Under the pieces are notes generated by a model that saw only the letters and a program-made list of their open reading frames with translations, ran no database searches and was not told the origin of the DNA. 64,000 nucleotides of DNA, taken from an uncultured Gemmatimonadales bacterium (lineage in GTDB: Bacteria > Gemmatimonadota > Gemmatimonadetes > Longimicrobiales > RSA9). The translations under genes and the position numbers were made by a program. Shown one piece after another: positions 48,801 to 59,581 of this stretch. The number at the start of each line of letters is the position of its first letter. The stretch's first letter is position 1. Location: contig CAWAMW010000007.1 in the NCBI GenBank assembly GCA_963783305.1, positions 224,001 through 288,000 on the forward strand. Reading direction: 5' to 3'.

Positions 48801-49010
48801 TCGTGGACGCTGGGGATGCCCGACTGGTTCAACGTCCCGGGCACCCGCTTCGGCGTAATGGGCACCCACCGGACGCTGAACGAGTATTCGCCCCGCTACT
48901 GCCCTGGCTTCAAGGCCGGACCGGGCGGGACCCCGATCTGCGATCCGACGGCTCCGGGCGACCAGGGGTCGGAGTGGGAGATCCGCACCTACTTCCACGT
49001 GGGGTTGTGA
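45840..49010 (+). CDS. GH2-like (clan GH-A) TIM-barrel glycosidase fused to a long C-terminal probable beta-barrel
   Basis: Signal peptide, VKGVNW, LGNENNY acid/base, FTEFGAD nucleophile; about 600-aa strand-rich tail ending WEIRTYFHVGL. Confidence 0.75.
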   Translation: MRPDPMHLTDPPRPGRLFTLLLAAVLLIPAVASAQANRVEVVSDASGSRIMADGEAVFVKGVNWDYFPIGTTTTYNLWAQPDDFIRQALNREMSLIQSMGGNAIRVYNGIPPRWVEYIYENFGIWSIVNHPVGRYGVTLSGTYVPNTDYSDETVRRRLRDEVVELVDEFEGTRGLLMWLLGNENNYGLEWSSAETEDLPVGQQNEVKARYLYSLMGEIVDAIHARDPNRPVAMANGDLQYLDVIAEEVPNLDVFGSNVYRGISFRDFFEEVDRAMGIPVMFTEFGADAFNARTMREDQVTQARYLIGQWEEIYANAAGNGLVGNAVGGLTFQWSDGWWKFGQDSRLDIQDTNASWANDAYPEDLVPGQNNMNEEWWGIMAKGPTDAFGQYEIYPRAAYYALKEIYELDPYGAGVDQQVIEDHFGSITASAAALAARGDGAALQSALSSLARFDGLRIELETFSTGGERIQTPEEATAGSSLRPASQGFDTKQSFYLDFASRPAPNVRADLAVNVVGNVPENPIDELFYEAPARPRLVLADGELVQTQLDRIRIYSGSFSWDESLFRVDGFYRSGHYHWGYEGDFFNLYREANYGPNLDIYNGVAPVGVEFTGKRTLDGLKFAFGPELWWGANPAAMAMYTRQLGAWTVSAVFQEDFARQGQVVTSFAIPTPQDRRATLTVEREVGPFGVQLGGIWAGSPLVGRTFQLVDRQSDGSYRVLQDQVKDSDTFGGKAKVTLSRGPINWYALGSATGVVANGGYDQTQTYTGWALKDNGSGNQWQVLSGFTYNLGSNVQIAPNFMWQKPLVGPIPAAAPAPARPRNILDDPFSVRVNRETVAGELLVTWDPTPATWMYAWDSDVQEDAPLAVSAGIVFRRHETTANAAIGILSDGRTAFAFPGATPARDLWEARARMISKRSEGVNLILNAFYGIGEPNGADERKVTRYGGDVRVVLGSAKLAGFARFDDWGPYDYHRDFNLTFPRQLGADLSWTLGMPDWFNVPGTRFGVMGTHRTLNEYSPRYCPGFKAGPGGTPICDPTAPGDQGSEWEIRTYFHVGL

Positions 49011-49021
49011 CCCGGCACCCC

Positions 49022-51380
49022 ATGAGCGAACCGAAGGACCAGTCCCCGGGTCCGGTGGAGCGCCGGATCCGGGAGCTCGTGGAGGGCATGAGCCTCCACG
49101 ACAAGGCGGGCCAGCTGACGCTCGTCAATGGCGCCGGGGGGCACGTCACGGATGACCTCGCCGGATCGATCCGGGCCGGGGAGGTCGGGGCCGTCCTGAA
49201 CGAGGTGGACCCGGAGACCGTGAACGAGATGCAGCGGATCGCCGTGGAGGAGTCGCCCCACGGGATCCCGCTCCTCGTCGGCCGGGACGTCATCCACGGC
49301 TTCCGGACGGTCTTCCCCATTCCTCTGGGACAGGCCGCCACATGGAACCCGGAGCGGGTGCGAGAGGGGGCCCGGGTGGCGGCACTGGAGGCGGCCCGGG
49401 CCGGCGTGAACTGGACGTTCGCCCCCATGGTCGACATCGCGCGCGACCCCCGCTGGGGCCGTGTCGCCGAGAGCCTGGGAGAGGACCCGTACCTGGGGTC
49501 CGTTCTGGCGAGAGCCATGGTGGAGGGGTTCCAGGGCGACGATCTGGCGGACCGGGGCCACATCGCCGCCTGCGCCAAGCACTTCGCCGGGTACGGCGCC
49601 AGCGAGAGCGGGAAGGACTACAACACCACCAACATCCCCGAGCGGGAGCTGCGCGACGTCCACCTCCCGCCGTTCCGGGCGGCCCTGGAGGCCGGTGTCG
49701 TCTCCTTCATGGCGTCCTTCAGCGACCTGGACGGAATCCCGGCCTCGGCGAACCGGAAGCTGATGACCGGGATCCTGCGGGAGGAGTGGGGCTTCCACGG
49801 CTTCGTCGTGAGTGACTGGGACTCCATCCCCCAGCTGATGGACCACGGGCTGGCCGGGGATCGGCGCGCCGCGGCCCGGGAGGCGCTCCTGGCCGGCGTG
49901 GACATGGACATGGCGGGGTACACGTACCTCGAGCACCTGCCCTCCCTCGTGGAGTCGGGCGAGGTGGCGGAGGCGCTCCGTGGACGCCATGGTGGCCGCC
50001 GTCCTGCGCGTGAAGCTCGCCCTCGGGCTCTTCGACCACCCCTGGACGGAGCCGGAGCGGTTCCCCGTCCCCGGCGACGCGCGGCACCTGGAGGCGGCCC
50101 GCGTGGCCGCCCGCGAGAGCATGGTCCTCCTCAAGAACCGGGACCGGATCCTCCCGCTGGATCGGGATCGGGTGGGCCGCGTCGCCGTCATCGGTCGTCT
50201 GGCCGACGCCCCGGCCGAACAGCTCGGGACCTGGGTGTTCGACGGGGACCCTGACCTCAGCGTCACCCCCCTGGCGGCGCTTAGAGACGCACTGGGCGAA
50301 GGCGTAGAGATCCGATACGCCCCGGGCCTGGACCCGTCATGGGACCGGAGTCATGCCGGCTTTCGCGAGGCCGTGGAAGCCGCCGCGGGGGCCGATGTGA
50401 CGCTGCTCTTCCTGGGGGAGGACGCCATCCTCTCCGGCGAGGCGCACTGCCGTGCCGACATCGGCCTCCCGGGAGCCCAGTCCGCCCTGCTGGAGGCCGT
50501 CCACGACACGGGGACCCCCGTCGTCGTGGTGCTCATGACGGGTCGGCCGCTGGCGCTCGAGGCCGACTGCACCGGATGGACGCGCTCCTGTGCGCCTGGC
50601 ACCCCGGGTCCATGGCGGGGCCGGCGCTGGCGGATCTCCTCCTCGGGGACCACAGCCCGTCAGGGACGGCTGCCGGTGACGTTCCCGCGAGTCACCGGCC
50701 AGGTACCCATCTACTACGGGCACAAGAACACGGGCCGGCCCGCCACCGACGAGACGTGGACCCACCTGGACGACGTCGCCCGGGGAGCGCACCAGGTCTC
50801 GGTGGGCAATACGTCGTTCCACCTGGACACCCACTACACGCCCCTCTTTCCCTTCGGCTTCGGGCTCATGTACGGGGACGTCGACTACGAGGATCTCCGC
50901 TTCCGGGCGCTGGACCAACGGGAGCCGGAAGAGGGAGGTCGGGAAGGGCTCCAGAGCGACCGGGACGCGCTCCTGAGCGACCACCTGGAGTTCACCGTCC
51001 AGGTCCGGAACCGGGGCCACCGGGCTGTCACCGAGGTGGTACAGCTCTACGTCCGGGACCCGGTGGCCAGCGTCACCCGACCCGTTCGGGAGCTGAAGCG
51101 CTTCGCCCGGGTCGCCCTGGACGCCAACGAATCCCGCACGGTGCGCTTCGAGCTCACCGCCCGTGACCTCGCCTTCCACGGCCGGGACATGCGGCCGGTG
51201 GTGGAGCCGGGCCGCTTCGAGGCGTGGGTGGGCGGCAGCTCCAGCACCGGGCTGCACCTGGAGTTCCACCTCCATCCGGGCCCGGGCGAGGCCCGGGACC
51301 GCGCCCCTGCCGGCGGTGAGTACCTGACCGTGCGGCCGGCCCCCCGGATTCCACCGCCGTCTACTTCGGAGGCCCCATGA
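49022..51380 (+). pseudogene. GH3 beta-glucosidase (BglX-like) with three single-base frameshifts
   Basis: DVIHG, RDPRWGR, KHF, VSDW, LFPFGFGL, VQLYVRD; frame changes near 49978, 50567 and 50664; may be assembly errors. Confidence 0.8.
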
Positions 51381-53200
51381 GTGCCGCCCAGCGAAGCGAC
51401 CACCCCGGCGCCCTCCTCTCCCGCATGACGCTGGAGCAGAAGCTGGGACAGATGACCCAGCCCGAGCGCCAGCACATCACGCCGGACGAGGTGGCCCACT
51501 ACCACATCGGGTCGGTGCTGAGCGGGGGCGGCTCCTGGCCGGGGAAGAACCAGCCGGCCGACTGGGTGGCGATGAACGACGCCTACTGGGCCGCCTCCGT
51601 GGATGCGGAGGAGGGCCGGATGGGCATCCCCCTTCTCTATGGTGTGGACGCCGTTCACGGCCACAACAACGTGCGAGGGGCGGTCCTGTTTCCGCACAAC
51701 ATCGGGCTCGGGGCCGCCAACGACCCCGACCTCATCGGGCGCATTGCGGCCATCACCGCCCGGGAGGTCCTGGCCACCGGCGTGGAGTGGACCTTCGCCC
51801 CGACCCTTGCGGTGGTGCGGGACGACCACTGGGGCCGGACCTACGAGAGCTACTCGGAGGACCCGGAGATCGTCTCCCGCTACGCCGGAGCCTTCGTGCG
51901 GGGGCTCCAGGGCGACCTGGGCCGGGACGCGGTGGTGGCGTGTGTCAAGCACTGGGTGGGGGACGGCGGGACGACCGATGGCGTCGACCAGGGCCGGACC
52001 GACGTTCCGGAGGACGAGTTCCGGGCCCTCCACATCGCGCCGTACCGACCCGCGGTGGAGGCGGGGGCGCTCACCGTCATGGCGTCCTACAACAGCTGGA
52101 ACGGCGTGAAGTGCCATGCCAACCGCTACCTCCTCACGGACGTGCTGAAGGGGGAACTGGGCTTCGACGGCTTCGTGGTCTCGGACTGGGACGCCATCGA
52201 CGCCCTGGCCGAGGACTACGCCGAGGCCATCCGCCTCTCGGTGAACGCCGGCGTCGACATGTTCATGGTGCCGGACAAGTGGAAGCGCTTTCTCGCCGGG
52301 TTGAAGGCGGAGGTGGAGGCCGGCCGCGTCCCGATGGAGCGGATCGATGACGCGGTCCGTCGCATCCTGCGGGTGAAGGAGGCGTACGGGCTGTTCGAGC
52401 GGGAGCGGCCGTCGAAGCGGTACTGGTCGGGCAGCGATGCGTTCGGCTCCGACGATCACCGGGCCGTGGCCCGGGAGGCGGTGCGGAAGTCGCTGGTCCT
52501 CCTGAAGCACGACGACGACGTCCTCCCCCTCGCTCCCGACGGGGAGGACGGCAGGACCATCCTCGTGGCCGGGAAGTCCGCGGACAACATCGGCTACCAG
52601 TGCGGCGGCTTCTCGATGGCGTGGCAGGGGACCGACGGGAACGACGACGTGGAGGGCGGCACCTCGATATGGGAGGGCATCCGGGCGCTGGCCCCTGAGG
52701 CCGAGCTCAGCGAGGACGGCTCGGCCGTCGACGCCGCGCGACACCGGATGGCCGTGGTGGTGATCGGGGAGCGCCCGTACGCCGAGGGGATGGGCGACGT
52801 GGGCCCGGCGGGCGGGGCGGTCCGGCGGGGCTCTTCGTTCCAGGACGCCCCCGGCCCCGGAGGGATGGAGCCGTACGGCACGACGCTGGAGCACGCCGTC
52901 TCCCACCCGGAGGACATGGCGGTGCTGGAGCGGGTGGCCGGGGCTGGCGTTCCCATCGTGACGGTGCTGGTGGCGGGGCGTCCGCTGGTCGTGAACGAGG
53001 AGCTGGACCGGTCCAGCGCCTTCGTCTGCGCGTGGCTGCCGGGCTCCGAGGGCGATGGCGTGGCCGAGGTCCTGTTCGGGGAGTCCCCATTCCAGGGGCG
53101 CCTATCCTTCTCCTGGCCCCGGGACGACGCTCAGAACCCCAATCGCGGGGACGGGTCGGAGCCCCTGTTCCCCTACGGGTTCGGCCTTACCCTGGACTGA
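51377..53200 (+). CDS. GH3 beta-glucosidase / glucan exohydrolase
   Basis: GVDAVHGHNN, WGRTYESY, KHW, VSDW, GERPYAEG, WLPGSEG. Confidence 0.92.
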   Translation: MSAAQRSDHPGALLSRMTLEQKLGQMTQPERQHITPDEVAHYHIGSVLSGGGSWPGKNQPADWVAMNDAYWAASVDAEEGRMGIPLLYGVDAVHGHNNVRGAVLFPHNIGLGAANDPDLIGRIAAITAREVLATGVEWTFAPTLAVVRDDHWGRTYESYSEDPEIVSRYAGAFVRGLQGDLGRDAVVACVKHWVGDGGTTDGVDQGRTDVPEDEFRALHIAPYRPAVEAGALTVMASYNSWNGVKCHANRYLLTDVLKGELGFDGFVVSDWDAIDALAEDYAEAIRLSVNAGVDMFMVPDKWKRFLAGLKAEVEAGRVPMERIDDAVRRILRVKEAYGLFERERPSKRYWSGSDAFGSDDHRAVAREAVRKSLVLLKHDDDVLPLAPDGEDGRTILVAGKSADNIGYQCGGFSMAWQGTDGNDDVEGGTSIWEGIRALAPEAELSEDGSAVDAARHRMAVVVIGERPYAEGMGDVGPAGGAVRRGSSFQDAPGPGGMEPYGTTLEHAVSHPEDMAVLERVAGAGVPIVTVLVAGRPLVVNEELDRSSAFVCAWLPGSEGDGVAEVLFGESPFQGRLSFSWPRDDAQNPNRGDGSEPLFPYGFGLTLD

Positions 53201-53213
53201 CGGGGCTCCGCCC

Positions 53214-54758
53214 TCAGATCACCAGCCCGGCCTCGGGCTCGCCTCGGCGCCGCTCCAGCTCGGCCCGGTTCTCGTTGGCCACCTGCTCGGTGATCTCGTA
53301 GCGGGCCACCGCCCAGATCGCGAGGATCGACGCGATGGCGGGAATGAACGCGTCGCAGACCCGCATCAGGAAGATGGCCCGGGGCGTCTGCGCTCCCCCG
53401 AGCTCCACGTCGAATCCGGTGGCGTTCAGCAGGACCCCACCTCCTGCCAGCGCGGCCGCCATTCCGAGCTTCACCACCCACCAGAAGATGGCGCCGAACA
53501 TCCCCTCCCGGCGCTCATGGGTCTCCAGCTCATCGGCGTCCACCACGTCGGCGATCATGGACCCCATGAGCGTGAAGAGCCCGCCGAGCCCGAAGGCCAT
53601 GAACGGCGCGGGGACCACCACCAGCCACGGGATCTCCGGGTTATAGGTGAACCACTTCAGCACGTAGCCGAAGACCGAGATCCCGGTGGAGACGAAGAAC
53701 GCCTTCCGCTTGCCGATCTTGGTGCCCAGCCAGGTCACGAGCATGATGACCAGGAACGTGGAGAGGGCCCCCACGGTGCCGGCGTACCCGGCGTACTCGG
53801 ATCCCAGGAGCTGGTCGCCCTCGAAGACGTAGTAGATGATGACGTAGAACTGGAAGGACGAGATGAGGATGAAGCCGTTGAAGACCAGGAAGGTGGCGGC
53901 GCCCAGCTTCAGGAACGGTTTGCTGGACAGGGTCTGCTTCAGGCCGCCGAAGAAGTCCTTGAGGCTGTGGACGAGGCCGTGGGCCCCATCGGCGGCGTCC
54001 ACCTCGGCCGCCGCCAGGGTCTTCAGCCGTTCCCGCAGGAAGATGGCCGGGAGGACCCCGAGGGCGATCGCCGCGATTCCCACTCCCAGGGCCAGCCCCT
54101 TGGCTCCGGCCATCTGGTCCTGGAACCAGTTCTGGTTCGTCATGATCCAGAGGAACCACGGGGAGATCATGTAGGCCAGCTGGCCGATGAAGTTCTGGAC
54201 GCCCATGAGCCGGGTGCGCTCATGGTAGTCGGGGGTGAGCTCGTAGCCCAGCGCCACCCAAGGGGTCGCGAACACCGTGTAGGCCCCGTAGAAGAAGATC
54301 GACCCGATCAGGAAGTACCAGAAGTAGAAGGTGTCCGACCGGCTCTCCGGGAGCTGCCAGAGGGCCACATAGAGGATGCCGGCCAGGATCGCGCCCACGA
54401 AGATATAGGGGCGCCGCCGCCCCCAGCGGCTCTTCGTGTGATCCGAGATGTAGCCCATCAGCGGATCGGTGATGGCGTCCGTCAGGCGGGGCAGGGCGCC
54501 CAGCATGCCCACCAGCGCCGGGTTCATCCCCAGCGCCAGGTTCAGGACGATGGTCATCCCTCCGATGGCGGCAGCCAGCAGGTTGTTGACGAAGGCCCCG
54601 GCCCCGTAGATGACCTTCTGGAGGAGCGGGATCCGGTCTTCCGGCGCAGTCTCGCGATGAACCGTCTGCCCCTCCGGGCCGATCGCACCGTGCCAGGCCG
54701 CCAGGGCCCGCTTGAAGAGGCCTGGCCGGCGCCCGGTCTCGCTCGTGGGGTCGTTCAC
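53214..54758 (-). CDS. MFS glycoside-pentoside-hexuronide transporter
   Basis: DAITDPLMGYISD, WGRRRPY, ELTPDYHERT, RREG. Confidence 0.92.
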   Translation of the reverse strand: MNDPTSETGRRPGLFKRALAAWHGAIGPEGQTVHRETAPEDRIPLLQKVIYGAGAFVNNLLAAAIGGMTIVLNLALGMNPALVGMLGALPRLTDAITDPLMGYISDHTKSRWGRRRPYIFVGAILAGILYVALWQLPESRSDTFYFWYFLIGSIFFYGAYTVFATPWVALGYELTPDYHERTRLMGVQNFIGQLAYMISPWFLWIMTNQNWFQDQMAGAKGLALGVGIAAIALGVLPAIFLRERLKTLAAAEVDAADGAHGLVHSLKDFFGGLKQTLSSKPFLKLGAATFLVFNGFILISSFQFYVIIYYVFEGDQLLGSEYAGYAGTVGALSTFLVIMLVTWLGTKIGKRKAFFVSTGISVFGYVLKWFTYNPEIPWLVVVPAPFMAFGLGGLFTLMGSMIADVVDADELETHERREGMFGAIFWWVVKLGMAAALAGGGVLLNATGFDVELGGAQTPRAIFLMRVCDAFIPAIASILAIWAVARYEITEQVANENRAELERRRGEPEAGLVI

Positions 54759-54765
54759 GCGATCC

Positions 54766-56004
54766 TCATACGCTCGAGCTCATGGTGGGGAACAGCGTGG
54801 GATCGTCCAGCGCCCGGGCGAGCACGTGGGTCGCCGCCCCCACCGCGAAGGCGCGGGGGCCGAGGGACGTCATCCGGATGCGGGTGGAGGCCACGGAGCC
54901 GACCAGGGTGCGTTGCATGACGGTCTCCTTGAGTGGGGTCAGGATCCGGTCGCCCACCCGGGTGATGCTCCCGCCCAGGATTACCGCGGCGGGGTTCATG
55001 AGGTTCAGGAGCCCGGCGATCGACCCACCCAGGTGCCTGGCTGCCTCGTCGAAGACCTGGAGCGCCAGGGGATCGTCCCGAAGCGCCGCATCCTCCAGTG
55101 CCGTCAGGGTGATCTCGGTGCCGTTCAGTTCGCTGTCCGGATGCGCGGTCGCGAGCTCCCGGGCCCGCTTCACGAGCGCCGTGGCGCCCGCGAACGTCGT
55201 GAGGCACCCGCGATTGCCGCAGATGCACGGCGCACCGGCGGGGTCGATGCTCACGTGGCCGATCTCTCCGGCCATCCCGCTGGAGCCCCGGTAGATCTCG
55301 CCCCTGAGGATCTGACCCGAGCCGATCCCGGTGGCCAGCTTGATGTAGGTGAAGTCCTCCACACCCCTGGCGCTCCCCCACCAGTGCTCGGCGAGGGCGC
55401 CCAGGTTGGCATCATTGTCCACGAACACGGGGACGCCGTACTCGCGCCGCAGGGCCTCGAATCCGGTTCGCCCCTCCCATGCCGGCATGACCACCTCCGA
55501 AAGGCGGAACGGCCGGGTCGGGTCCACCGGGCTCGCCACCGAGACGCCGATGCCCATGAGCCGCTTCCGATCGGGATCCACCTCCTCGAGCGCGTCATCG
55601 AGCATTGTCCAGATGAGCGACCGGGTGCCGTCGGGGTCCTCCCGCACCGGGTGGGATGCGTCGGCCCAGGCCAGGACCTCGCCCCGGAGGCTCATCACCG
55701 CCACGGAGATGTGCGTCGCCCCCATGTCCACGCCGGCAATGACGTGGGCATCGTCGTTGAACACGAGCAGGGTGGGGCGCCGGCCGCCCCGGCTGGGTCC
55801 CTCCCCCCCCTCCGCGACGAGACCCGTTTCCAGCAGAGATCCCACGATCTCCGAGACGGTGGAGCGGGAGAGGCCCAGGGCCCGGGCGATCTCGGCGCGG
55901 GAGATCTGGCGCTGGTGCCATATGAGCTCCAGCACCAGATGCGCCAGGGGACGACCCCGGGTCTCGGCGACGGAGCTGGGTCCCGCGGCAGTCTTGGTCG
56001 CCAT
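54766..56004 (-). CDS. ROK family transcriptional repressor (XylR-like)
   Basis: ISRAEIA..GLSRSTVS HTH, GGRRP, DNDAN, GEIGH, CICGNRGC. Confidence 0.92.
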   Translation of the reverse strand: MATKTAAGPSSVAETRGRPLAHLVLELIWHQRQISRAEIARALGLSRSTVSEIVGSLLETGLVAEGGEGPSRGGRRPTLLVFNDDAHVIAGVDMGATHISVAVMSLRGEVLAWADASHPVREDPDGTRSLIWTMLDDALEEVDPDRKRLMGIGVSVASPVDPTRPFRLSEVVMPAWEGRTGFEALRREYGVPVFVDNDANLGALAEHWWGSARGVEDFTYIKLATGIGSGQILRGEIYRGSSGMAGEIGHVSIDPAGAPCICGNRGCLTTFAGATALVKRARELATAHPDSELNGTEITLTALEDAALRDDPLALQVFDEAARHLGGSIAGLLNLMNPAAVILGGSITRVGDRILTPLKETVMQRTLVGSVASTRIRMTSLGPRAFAVGAATHVLARALDDPTLFPTMSSSV

Positions 56005-56067
56005 GATCTCCTGGAGTGATACGGGCGTCAGGGCGCCGGCCCAGGCCGGACCGGCGCCCCACGGATG

Positions 56068-59000
56068 TCAGTTCTGGAAGGCCACGTCATCCCAGCGGTA
56101 GGTCTTCTCGCCGGCCGTGGCGCCGTCGGTGCCGAAGTTAAAGAAGATCGAGGCCTTGTCATAGGTGTAGGACAGGTCGAGTGCCGCCGTGCCCGCCGCC
56201 TCGCTGCTGAAGTCGAACGTGAGAGTCTCCCAGGAGCCGGCCACCGTGGTGGTGGCCTCCGTCTCCACGCTCCGGGTGGGGTCCGTGGCGTCCTCGACCT
56301 TGAGCCGCACGGGGATGCCGGCGTCGGGCGAGTAGACCCGCACGGTCATGGTCGTGGCGCTCGCAGTGAACGGGATCGGCGACGCGAGACCGTCGTCCCC
56401 GCCCACGGTCGTTCCGCCCCAGGTCTCCGCGCTCCCGCTCTTGACCGTCTCGGCCACTGTGTTCGACGCGTCCGTGGGATCCGCCACCAGCGTGGAGGCG
56501 GTGCCCCCGAAGTCGGTGAGCCCGTAGTCCACGGCGGGATCGTCGAAGGTGATGGGGAGCTCGACCTGGGCGCCGCCCGTGCTGCCGCCGGCGAACTCGA
56601 CGTCGTCCCACAGGTAGGTCTTCTCGCCGGCCGTGGCGCCGTCGGTGCCGAAGTTGAAGAAGACCGAGGCCTTGTCGTAGGTGTAGGACAGGTCGAGTGC
56701 CGCCGTCCCGGAGACCTGGTCGCTGAAGTCGAACGTGAGAGTCTCCCAGGAGCCGGCCACCGTCGTGGTCGCCTCCGTCTCCACGCTCCGGGTCGGGTCC
56801 GTGGCGTCCTCGACCTTGAGCCGCACGGGGATGCCGGCGTCGGGCGAGTAGACCCGCACGGTCATGGTCGTGGCGCTCGCCGTGAACGGGATCGGCGACG
56901 CAAGACCATCATCGCCGCCCACGGTCGTTCCGCCCCAGGTCTCCGCGCTCCCGCTCTTGACCGTCTCGGCCACTGTGTTCGACGCGTCCGTGGGATCCGC
57001 CACCAGCGTGGACGCGGTGCCCCCGAAGTCGGTGAGCCCGTAGTCCACGGCGGGATCGTCGAAGGTGATGGGGAGCTCGACCTGGGCGCCGCCCGTGCTG
57101 CCGCCGGCGAACTCGACGTCGTCCCACAGGTAGGTCTTCTCGCCGGCCGTGGCGCCGTCGGTGCCGAAGTTGAAGAAGATCGAGGCCTTGTCATAGGTGT
57201 AGGACAGGTCGAGTGCCGCCGTGCCCGCCGCCTCGCTGCTGAAGTCGAAGGTGAGAGTCTCCCAGGATCCGCCACCGTCGTGGTGGCCTCCGTCTCCACG
57301 CTCCGGGTCGGGTCCGTGGCGTCCTCGACCTTGAGCCGCACGGGGATGCCGGCGTCGGGCGAGTAGACCCGCACGGTCATGGTCGTGGCGCTCGCAGTGA
57401 ACGGGATCGGCGACGCGAGACCGTCGTCCCCGCCCACGGTCGTTCCGCCCCAGGTCTCCGCGCTCCCGCTCTTGACCGTCTCGGCCACTGTGTTCGACGC
57501 GTCCGTGGGATCCGCCACCAGCGTGGACGCGGTGCCCCCGAAGTCGGTGAGCCCGTAGTCCACGGCGGGATCGTCGAAGGTGATGGGGAGCTCGACCTGG
57601 GCGCCGCCCGTGCTGCCGCCGGCGAACTCGACGTCGTCCCACAGGTAGGTCTTCTCGCCGGCCGTGGCGCCGTCGGTGCCGAAGTTGAAGAAGACCGATG
57701 CCTTGTCGTAGGTGTACGACAGGTCCAGCGCTGCCGTGCCGGCCGCCTCATTGCTGAAGTCGAAGGTCAGCGTCTCCCAGGCATCCGCCACCGTCGTGGT
57801 CGCTTCCGTCTCCACGCTCCGGGTCGGGTCCGTGGCGTCCTCGACCTTGAGCCGCACGGGGATGCCGGCGTCGGGCGAGTAGACCCGCACCGTCATGGTC
57901 GTGGCGCTCGCCGTGAAAGGGATCGGCGACGCGAGACCGTCGTCCCCGCTCACGGTCGTTCCGCCCCAGGTCTCCGCGCTCCCGCTCTTGACCGTCTCGG
58001 CCACTGTGTTCGACGCGTCCGTGGGATCCGCCACCAGCGTGGACGCGGTGCCCCCGAAGTCGGTGAGCTCGTAGTCCACGGCGGGATCGTCGAAGGTGAT
58101 GGGGAGCTCGACCTGGGCGCCGCCCGTGCTGCCGCCGTTCTCGTCGTACAGGTAGACGTTGTCGACGAAGACGGTGGTGGCGCCGGTGGGCTGACCCACC
58201 AGGATCATCTGCGCCAGGTTGGCCACGTTCATCCCGGAGAAATCGCTCAGTGGGATGTCCAGCGACACCCACTCGCCCTGATTCGGGGCCGGGTTCGCCG
58301 TGCCGTCGAACTCCACCTGGAACTCCGTGTCGTCCCCGGTCCCGATGGTCGCGTCCGCACCCGCATCCACCAGCTTGACCCCGAAGTAGGTGGCGTCGGG
58401 CGTCCAGATGTCCAGGTGGAGGTGGGTCATGGAGCTCGCGTCGACCTGGCTGCTCGCCGTCTCGATCCCCACGAAGTCCAGCGCCGAGTACTTCTTCATG
58501 GCGCTGCCATCGATGGTCACCTCGTCCAGTGTGGCCGCGCTCCAGTCCGTCCGCCAGGTATCCACCGTGACGTTGGTGTAGGCGTCGCTGAACAGGCTGA
58601 TCACGTCCTCTTCCGCCTGCGTCGGCGCGGGCGGCGCCGTCGTCGGCGCGGACGCGCCGGCCGGGCCCACCGTCACGGCGCCCGTGGCCGCAACGCTGCC
58701 CAGGGAGGCCGTGATGGTGGCCGATCCATCGCCGACGATGGCGATCTGACCGAGGGAATCCACCGTAGCCACCGACTCATCGGATGACGTGTAGTCGAAG
58801 TATGCGGGCGCGGCCGCTACCGTGACGTCCTGTCCGCTCACCTCGTACGTCACCGTCGTCCCGCTCACGGTGACGGTGTCGCCCACCGCACCGCTCACCG
58901 TCTGGTCGGCGATCACGGGACGTGGATTCGAGATGGTGGTAAGGTCCGCGAACTGCAGCTCGTCGATCCAGAAGGTGTAGCCGTTCCCGTCTTCCGCCCC

Positions 59001-59519
59001 TTCGGCGAAGAAGAAGAGCCCGTCCTCCTGGTCCAGCCTGGCGGGCAGAGGGATGGGGATGGCGTACTGCTGCCAGTCCGTGGTCAGCTGGAGGTTCGCC
59101 GTCTCCGCCGGGTAGAGCGACTCGCCCGTGTTGTTGTTCCCGAGCCCCGCCACGTTGAGCTCCGCCGGCATGCTCGCCCGGGCCCAGAACGTCACGGCGT
59201 TGTAGTCCGTCAGGTCCCGGATTGTGGTCGAGACGAACGCGCCGCCGGCGTAGCTCCCTCCCGGATTCGTGGGGACGGGAACGTCGATCCGCAGCGATGA
59301 GCTCCCCTGGTAGAAGACGCTCTGGTCGATGGAGACGGCGTCCGTCTTCGAGCCGGCGAACGCCTGGTAGCTCACTCCCGGGGCGTACCCGTCCAGGAAG
59401 ATCTCCGCGTTCCCCGGGAACTCGGCGTCTTCGAGATCCGTCAGATCACGCTGGCAGGCGGGTGCGGCAACGAGCACTGTGACGGCCAGCACGAGTCTGG
59501 CGAGGTTTCTCGAGATCAT
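56068..59519 (-). CDS. Large multidomain surface lipoprotein, probable glycan binder (about 1150 aa; 1-bp deletion near 57266)
   Basis: Lipobox Cys22 (AAPAC), beta-sandwich-like domain, Ig-like domain (YTSSDESVATVD), ISLFSDAY domain, four 172-aa repeats; split across two ORF-track frames. Confidence 0.8.
56071..58137 (-). repeat. Four near-identical 516-bp tandem coding repeats
   Basis: Linker GCTGCCGCCG at 56581, 57097, 57612 and 58128 (spacings 516, 515, 516). Confidence 0.95.
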
Positions 59520-59581
59520 CCCTTCGCTCCCGGTTGGGTCCGGTTGGGTCCGCAGGGCCAGCCATAGGGGCCTTTCCAGAT

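Noticed and set aside
46413..48998. 861-aa minus-strand ORF
   Set aside because: Antisense shadow of the GH2-like gene.
56065..57366. Plus-strand 433-aa repetitive ORF
   Set aside because: Antisense reading of the lipoprotein repeats.
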